Assembly (NCBI GenBank): GCA_024626585.2 | Contig: JANKJI020000004.1 | Location: 102,978,870-102,997,835 of the forward strand | Reading direction: 5' to 3' | Source: Ginkgo biloba | Taxonomy: Eukaryota; Plantae; Ginkgophyta | DNA length: 18,966 nt | Shown: piece by piece, positions 11,820-18,966 of the stretch | Layout of the letters: every line of letters begins with the position of its first letter | Position numbering within the stretch: the first letter of the stretch is position 1 | Translations under genes and position numbers: made by a program | Notes under the pieces: model-generated | Database searches by the model: none | What the model was told of the DNA's origin: nothing | Seen by the model: the letters and a program-made list of their open reading frames with translations, nothing else

Positions 11820-11858
11820 GACGTTCCTGCCGTTCTGTAACCTATCGACCCTGCACCA

Positions 11859-12230
11859 TTGATTGAGAAGAATTGGTAAACAATAATGTATCCCTAAGAG
11901 TTAGTTATTCTATGTTCACAAAGCCTTGAGCTTGCTTCATCAATTGAATATTATTTATGTGTTCACCAAGATGAGCCTCTCTTTTTAGTAAGGTCTGTAA
12001 TTCTAGGGAGCTTACTTATTTTCTCTATTGAAGTAGGGTTGCTTCCTTATATGCTCCTTTCTTTGAGTCTGTGATCCCTGAGAGTTCCCAATAACATTCT
12101 TTCAATATTTCTTTACTCAAAACCAGATGACAATACACTTCTATGATTTGTTTTGAGATCGTAGAGTATTTTTTCCTCAGTTGTAGAACAATCACCTTTT
12201 AGGCTTCCTGGCGACTCAGGTTAAGACGCG
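11859..12230 (-). pseudogene. Retroelement extra-ORF coiled-coil protein, fragment A
   Basis: 11859-12142 is a diverged direct repeat of 12848-13131. It translates as EVYCHLVLSKEILKECYWELSGI...RKQPYFNRE...LLKREAHLGEHINNIQLMKQAQGFVN...FTNSSQS. Confidence 0.6.
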
Positions 12231-12423
12231 CGTCACCAAAGCACCTTCTCCTGTGTCCTGGGTGAAAAGCACTCCCTTACAAAGGGAGGAAAAAAGGTGC
12301 CAGGAAGGAAAAGAATTAAGGGANNNNNNNNNNNNNNNNNNNNNNNNNNNNNNNNNNNNNNNNNNNNNNNNNNNNNNNNNNNNNNNNNNNNNNNNNNNNN
12401 NNNNNNNNNNNNNNNNNNNNNNN

Positions 12424-13837
12424 GGGTGCTCATAAGGATCCAGGAATATGGCATGAGATGGCCCTATGTTGGGGATACCAAGGAAGTATAATATGTCCTA
12501 CATTTTCCCTGCCTCTAATCCCCCCTAGGTGATTCAGGAAGTTACTTCTCAGGTTGGTCAATGGGAGAAGCCAAGACATGGGTCCCTATCACCTCTTCTT
12601 CCCTAATAGACTTAGGGATTTATTCTTTTAAGGTGAGTGCTACATCACCCAGGAGCTTTGGGGATTCCCTATTGATGTAACCTTTAAGGTTTTCTCCTAG
12701 GGTGAATATCTAAAGGGCCATGGGATATTGGGCTTATGACGAGTGTGGGTTATCCTCCTGTTATGTGATCCAACATCATTTTAATTTAACTTTTCTCTTG
12801 AGCCAAGGATTTCAGAGTGTAGATAGGTGGAATCAACTCTTGGATATTTGATTGAGAAGAATCAGTAAATGATGATGTATCCCCAATAGTTAGCTTTTCT
12901 CTATTCACCAAGCCTTAATATCACTTCATCATTTGAATATTCTTTATGTGTTCACCAAGATGAGCCTCTCTTTCTAGCAAGGCTTATGATTCCAGGGAGC
13001 CTATTTTCTATTCTCTATTGAAGTAGGGTTGCTTCCTATGCACTCGTTTATCTGAGTATATGATCCCTGAGAGTTCCCAATAACCCTCTTCCAATGCTGC
13101 TTTACCCAAAGCCAGGTGATGGTATACTTCTGCCAACCTTATGAACTGGGATTTTGTTAGTTTTTGTCTCTTTGATGCCCTGTCAATGTCATGCATTACT
13201 TTCTCTCTAAGATCACTAATATCATCCCTTACTGAAGCCAATTGCCTTTACACGTCAACTATGAGTTGAGAGGGTATAAATTTTAACTTCCAAATTTCCT
13301 CTAGGTGCTAAAAAAATTTTAGATCCTTTTGGTTAGCTTCAAGCTATATTTCATCAATAGATTCCTCCTTTTCATTCAGTTAGCCCTGAATGGCATAACA
13401 TTCCCATTGAAGCTGAACAACCTCGAACTCTAATTAGGCCATCTTGATTTGTACATTAGGAGGGATCTGAGGTGCTTATTTTGCCTCTGACACCTTTTTC
13501 CTTATAAGGTGCACATGGGAGCAGAGATCATGTTGAATCTTTGTGGCCATGGTGGCTTATTCTTATGAAGGTAGAATTCCCAACGTATTGATCTCATGCA
13601 ATAATAAATGGACCTTTTGGCTTAGTGAATCTTTTTCTTCTTGGTCTTGGCTAGCTTGGAGGATCAATTCTAACTTTAGTTCTTCCACTCTGGTCGTTAA
13701 TTCTCAAGTTATGCCAAAAATTAATTTACTTATAGCTTGAGTAGTTAGGGATTCATTTAAAATTTGTACCGTTGGGACAAAGCAACCCTTTCTCTTCTTC
13801 TCGATCTTTCACAAGGATGGAGGTTGAACAATATCTG
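12424..13837 (-). pseudogene. Retroelement extra-ORF coiled-coil protein, fragment B
   Basis: One largely continuous E/K/Q/L-rich frame broken by TAA/TAG stops (ELTTRVEELKLELILQASQDQEEKDSLSQKVHLLL...). It includes the listed ORF 13008-13241 and is followed by a Pro/Ser-rich part. Confidence 0.65.
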
Positions 13838-14049
13838 NNNNNNNNNNNNNNNNNNNNNNNNNNNNNNNNNNNNNNNNNNNNNNNNNNNNNNNNNNNNNNN
13901 NNNNNNNNNNNNNNNNNNNNNNNNNNNNNNNNNNNNNAGATAACTATTGGTAACTATTTATTTCTTCTTTCAATAGTTGGATGACATACGAATATTCTAT
14001 CGTGGTACCTCTCATTACAATTCCACTAACCATCCTTGAATATTCTATC

Positions 14050-16284
14050 TTTTGCAAAACCATTTATCTTCTTCAATCATCGCTTGGATCATGTCCTCAA
14101 AGGGGCTCTAAGAGAAGTGGTTTTCCTTTTACTTCACTGGCCCTTCTATTTTGGTGAAGACGTGATGGTATCTGTAGTGGTAGTTGAGAAGGCCACACTC
14201 AATTGTTGAGTATTTTAGGCTTTACTCACTGACAACTCATATTATACAAAGGGGAGAAATAGGGGCTTAGTAACATGGGCTAGAAATCAGACAGGTGAGG
14301 CAGGAGGAAAATCAATGGCTGGTACATTCAAATCTCCTCATGGATTTATGGTGAGAATCTCCACTTGGCTAATTAATGGTTATATTGATTCTAGTAATTA
14401 CTCCATCTAACTTGGATACATGGGGGAAGATTATTATTTTATATGAGAAGGATTAGGAAGAGATTATATTTGTTGAGGTGGCCTTAACTTTGCTTCCTCC
14501 CTAATTGGCTTAGAGAGTCANNNNNNNNNNTTCTTTGGTTAATTCATCAAGGGGACCAGGGTAGATGGAACTTCACTCAGAGTAGTGATTGTCATTGGTC
14601 CTTGGAATTACTATCTCCCTAGATGACCCAATGAGTTATTTTTGACTCAGAGGCTCATTCATGGGTGTTGCTTAAATTTTGGTAGTTATTAGTTCCCCTA
14701 CCTCCCTAGATGGGTCAAGGAATTAACTAATTAAGGGAGGAATGGGAATGTTTAAGGGAACTTGAACTTTTCCTATCGTAATATTTTCCAACACTTTGTT
14801 CTCAATGCTTGGCCTTAGAAGGGAAGGGGCTACCTAGGGGTGTGATATTTGACTACTAGTTTTAACCCTTGTCACCCCTCCTAATAAATGATCTACCTTT
14901 AGTTTAATTTGATTCATCTCTTAAGCTAAAGAAATTTGAAAACCATTCTTATAAAAAAGTTCTTTAATATCTTGAGCTTTTGATCTAGTGAACTACAAAG
15001 TACCAGCTAGGGAAGCGTTGGCCTTATCTACTAAATTTTTGGCATGTTGTGCTAATTGAGTCAATCTTTGGTGCTCACCAATGGCTAGTTATTTATGCAA
15101 CATTACTAATTCTATTATCTAAGGATCCATAGACTGCTCTTCCTGTGAGGCATGTTCAATACTTTGCACCAGTTGTTACTTTGCCCAAGCCATATCTAGT
15201 TCTTGCTTGGATCAATTAATTTTTAATGGTGCCTAAATATTAGACTGGGACTAACTTCAATCTTACAAATTTATCAACTCCCTCCTTGATTTCCAAATCA
15301 TTTTGCTCAATTTCCTAGTACAACTCATCTATGAGTTTTTCTTTTTGTTCGAGCATCTTCTCCATNNNNNNNNNNNNNNNNNNNNNNNNNNNNNNNNNNN
15401 NNNNNNNNNNNNNNNNNNNNNNNNNNNNNNNNNNNNNNNNNNNNNNNNNNNNNNNNNNNNNNNNNTATTGACTTCTCTTTGCTTTCAAGCGTTTGAATGT
15501 TTTTGATAGGTTTATTGCACCTATCATGCGATGGCTCATGCATTCTTCGAAAGAAATGACCATAATAGAAGATTTGATAGTGCCTGAAGATTCACGAACA
15601 CTATTTTTTTATTTTTTTATAAAGTCACTTGTCCAATCAAAGGATGAGCATGGAGGTGGATGGGGTATGTGAGAAAATTAGATGCATATGATTATCACAA
15701 AGTATGGGTGAATCTTTCCTTGTGCTGCGTGAGGAAAAGAGAGAAGGATGGGTGGACTTGGAAAGAGTAAAGAATAAGGAGGGGTCTAGTGTGGGAGACT
15801 AGTCTATGTAAACCAACCACTTACAAATCAACAAGATTTGATTAGGAGAAATAATTGCCTCCCACTTGATGAGAATACATGGTGATATCTCCATAGATAT
15901 CCCCTCCTTTAGAATGTATGTTCTTGTGTCGTGTGATCTAGGTGTAAGCATGAAGGGATTAGAGTGCAAAGTGAATAAGAAGAAAAATATTTCATTTTTT
16001 CCCATCCCTTTGAGCAAGAGAATCTTTTCCTCAAATGGGATTAACCCTATAGTGGAGAATGGCAACAATTAGAACATGTGGGACATGACTCCATATTTTA
16101 CAACACAAAATGATAACCAATGGGAATGTAGATCTGGGGGATCACACAAATGGCACAATCTTTGGTAATTCTCCATAATAGATATACCTATCTTTAGTAG
16201 GAGCATAGATGTTGGAAAGGGCTCTCTAACATTGAAACTATTTGACCATGGGTGTATATGATCCACGAGTTGGGCGAATGTCAT
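14050..16284 (-). pseudogene. Extra ORF 3' of pol, copy C (N-terminal domain, coiled coil, Pro/Ser-rich tail, basic end); spans two gaps
   Basis: Listed ORFs 16069-16284 and 15799-16068 share one frame separated by a single TAA, on the same contig as and ~320 bp after the pol stop. Coiled-coil sequence lies at 14880-15365. Continuity across the gaps and the 3' end are inferred. Confidence 0.6.
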
Positions 16285-16605
16285 ATTCCATTACCATATC
16301 CCTTTTATTACTCCATCTTTTGATGGGCTTCATTATAATAAATTATCATAAATACAAGAAACTCGTTGTTTTCCCTTTGCATATCCCTAACTTCTAAAAC
16401 CAAGCTTAAAAAATAACAGAGTTTTCTAGAAAAAGATGAGTGCACCCTTTTAAAGGGTCAACAAGTAGCCTCCTTGGATGGCATTAACCCCATCAAGTTA
16501 TGCAAAACCATATTAGTTTTGTTTATTAAGAAAATTGACGAATTAACTAAAATGAAAGCATAATGGATATGCATAAAATTTACATTAGAATCTCAATCAA
16601 GGTCT

Positions 16606-17676
16606 TCAATGATAGAAATCTTTAAGGTATTTCCCATTTACTGGTATAGCCAATATATCTCCTTTAGGAGTCTTTACTTTGAAGGTTTGCTACTGAGTAG
16701 CTCTACAAATTCAATGGGGTTGAGCCAAAGGGAATCAAACTTCTTATGTGCTCTTGGTTTCTTCCTTGATTTATCCCACATTAGGACTATGTCACCAAGC
16801 TTGAAATCTTTGTGAGATGCCATTCTTTTATCGAAGTATTTCTTGATTTTCTCTTGGTGTCCCTTTAACCTTCGCTGATCTTCTTCTCTCTTTTCTTCAA
16901 GATTCAAAAGGTGCAGCAACCTTTTCTGAACTGGGGATGAGTCACCCAAGTCAAATTCGGCTAACTGTATAGCTGCTAGTGAGAGGTTTGTGGGAAGCAC
17001 CACCTCTTTTCCATACACTAGCAAAAAGGGAGAGTATCTAATCACCGCCTTCGGAGTGATTTGGTCGGCGCACAAGGCTTGGTGAAGCTTAAGATGCCAG
17101 TCCCTTTGATTTTGCTTAATAGTCCTCTTTAAGATTCTTATTAGATTCTTATTTGTTGATTCTGCCAATCCATTCCCTTGTGGATAATAATTTGAGGAAG
17201 GAAATAGGAAAATTCCATATTTCCTATTGAAATTTACCATATCATTTAACAAAAACGTCGAGCCGTTATCTGATATCAAGGTAGTTGGGACCTCAAACTG
17301 AGCCATAATTATGTGGTCTAAAAACTCTATCACCACCTCTGATGTTGCTTGCTTGGAAGGGATCACCTCTGATCGCTTGGTGAAATAATTTGTTGCAGTG
17401 AGGATGAACTTAAGGCATTTGCTAGAATTTGGATTGATAGGGCCAATGAAGTCCAACCCCCATTGTTCAAAGGGCTTATCAACATAAATAGGCTGGAGTG
17501 GCATGGTTGATAGTTTTTGCTTCCTAGTGAACTTTTGACATGCAGCATAATTTCTAACTTTTTGGAAGGCATCTTTAAATATAGTGGGCCAAAAATACCC
17601 TGCTTCAATGATCCTACGAGTGGTTGTTTCGACAGAGAAATGATCGCCACATACGCTAGCGTGAAAATCCTCTAGG
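16606..17676 (-). pseudogene. pol: Ty3/gypsy (Tat-like) integrase, best-preserved copy 3, including the pol stop
   Basis: Open frame 17675-16674: FHASVCGDHF...GYFWPTIFKDA...YAACQ, WGLDFIGP, ISDNGS-(35 residues)-GLAESTNK (D,D35E intact). After a frameshift near 16685 it reads TFKVKTPKGDILAIPVNGKYLKDFYH* (TGA at 16608-16606). Confidence 0.96.
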
Positions 17677-17776
17677 NNNNNNNNNNNNNNNNNNNNNNNN
17701 NNNNNNNNNNNNNNNNNNNNNNNNNNNNNNNNNNNNNNNNNNNNNNNNNNNNNNNNNNNNNNNNNNNNNNNNNNNN

Positions 17777-18770
17777 ATCTGTCAGAATTGTATTCTCAAG
17801 TTGGCCTTTTAATAAAGGAGTCTCAGCACTAGCGTCTTGGATCTGAATTGACGTGTAACTTTCAAACCACAACTCTATTTTTTGTGTCATTATTTTTCCT
17901 GTAAAGCTCTTTTAAAACTCCACAATTTGTTACTTGGGGACTTTTGCTTCAAACTAATCATATTTCTTTAAACTATTTGGGGACTTTATCCACACTTACA
18001 TAAAATATTAACTTTTGGATCTGAAAAATGGATCAAAAGCCATGAGGATATCCTTTTTATGTTATGTTGGATCTTCCTCAACTTTGTTGCTCGGCATTAT
18101 AGTACGCACCTATCGTGTGGCAGGTCATGCATTCTTTAAAATAAGTGACCATATAAGTAGATTTCACAATGCTCAAAGATTTGCGGACACTAAATTATTT
18201 TTTTATAAAGTCGCTTGGCTAACCAAAGGATGAACATGGACGTAGATGGGGGATATGGACAACTTAGATGCAGACAACTTGGGATGAAGGATGGGTGAAT
18301 ATTTCCTTATTTTCCATGGATGCGCGAGGAAAAGAAAGAGGGATGGGTGGACCTAAAAAGATTAAAGAATAAGGAGGGGTCTAGTGTGGGAGATGAGTCT
18401 ATATAAACCAACCACTTGCAGATCAACAAGATCTACTTAGGAGAAACAATTGCCTCTCACTTGATGAGAATAAGTGGTGATAGATCAATAGAAAGCCCCT
18501 CCTTTAGAATGTATGTTCTAGCATTGTGTGATCTAGGTGTAAGCATGAAGGGATTAGAGAACGAGGTCAATCAAAAGAAAATTATTTCATATTTTCCCAT
18601 CCCTTTGAGTGAGAGAATCTCTTCCTCAAATGGGCTTAAACCTGTGATGGAGAATGGTAGAAGTTAGGACATGTGGGACATGACTTTGGCTTTTGAAACA
18701 TAGAATGATAACCAATAATAATGCATCTGGGGGATCGCACAACTAATACAAGCTTTGGTAATTCTCTATA
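17777..18770 (-). pseudogene. Second copy (D) of the extra-ORF N-terminal domain
   Basis: About 18100-18770 is a diverged direct repeat of about 15510-16177. Shared translation: SNPFMLTPRSH..RTYILKEG.S...SP.ILIK.EAI.SP..ILLICKWLVYID.SPTLDPSLFF. Confidence 0.7.
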
Positions 18771-18771
18771 G

Positions 18772-18964
18772 TGTGAGTGGTGTAAGGAGTTCTCATATAA
18801 AGAGAATTGGTGCCATTGTGAAGATCTAGAGAAAATGTTATCACTAGAGGCAAGAGTACACTTGGAGGGAGATTTTTTTTATTGCATTCATTGTAAGATC
18901 TTAGTGAGAAAGTTTGTACTCATATCTTTATATAAAATAAAGTTTTATTATTTTGATCTCCACA
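18772..18964 (+). mobile_element. Possible short LTR interrupting copy D
   Basis: Homology to 16177 ends at 18770. The new sequence starts TGTGAG, contains TATAAA, TGTAA and AATAAA, and has CTCCACA at 18958-18964. The window edge prevents confirmation. Confidence 0.3.
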
Positions 18965-18966
18965 GC

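Larger units (their letters stand above)
10722..11858 (+). mobile_element. Apparently complete 1137-bp LTR of the TGATGCAGGAGCATCC family
   Basis: Starts TAATGCAGGAGCATCC (TG>TA). Ends CCTGCACCA, an 8/9 inverted match to TGATGCAGG, exactly where homology to 12848+ begins. Contains a palindrome array (10757-11035), a TATA box and a TTCACCCCCCCCCCTC motif near the 3' end. No target-site duplication is seen. Confidence 0.7.

Noticed and set aside
10722-11858. Interpretation as a CACTA/hAT/MITE DNA transposon
   Set aside because: TG...CA ends with only a 9-bp imperfect IR, one-sided repeats, a TATA box and C-rich/PBS-like motifs fit an LTR better. Not fully excluded.
15866-18667. Similar plus-strand ORFs 15866-16072 and 18416-18667 as a duplicated antisense gene
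   Set aside because: They are in-register shadows of the minus-strand frame, and the substitution pattern is synonymous on the minus strand.

Overview
Gappy (about ten 100-N gaps), repeat-derived eukaryotic DNA from a large-genome land plant; a gymnosperm-like host is inferred from the element types only. No intact host gene, RNA gene or CRISPR array is supported. The window is a nest of decayed LTR retrotransposons. (i) Three minus-strand pol fragments of one Tat-like (non-chromovirus) Ty3/gypsy lineage: integrase at 5152-6073, RT-RNase H-integrase at 6174-8300, and integrase at 16606-17676. (ii) Directly 3' of the third integrase, on the same strand, a long decayed extra ORF of unknown function (hydrophobic/Cys-His N-terminal domain, coiled coil, Pro/Ser-rich tail), present as several diverged homologous copies across 11859-18770. 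(iii) Three copies of an LTR family starting TGATGCAGGAGCATCC and carrying arrays of ACCGAC-N3-GTCGGT-type palindromes; one copy is apparently complete (10722-11858) and two sit head-to-head 167 bp apart. (iv) A plus-strand protease-RT linker fragment of an unrelated gypsy element, plus smaller LTR-like insertions. The first ~3.2 kb is AT-rich and unassigned. All alignments and translations were done by eye.
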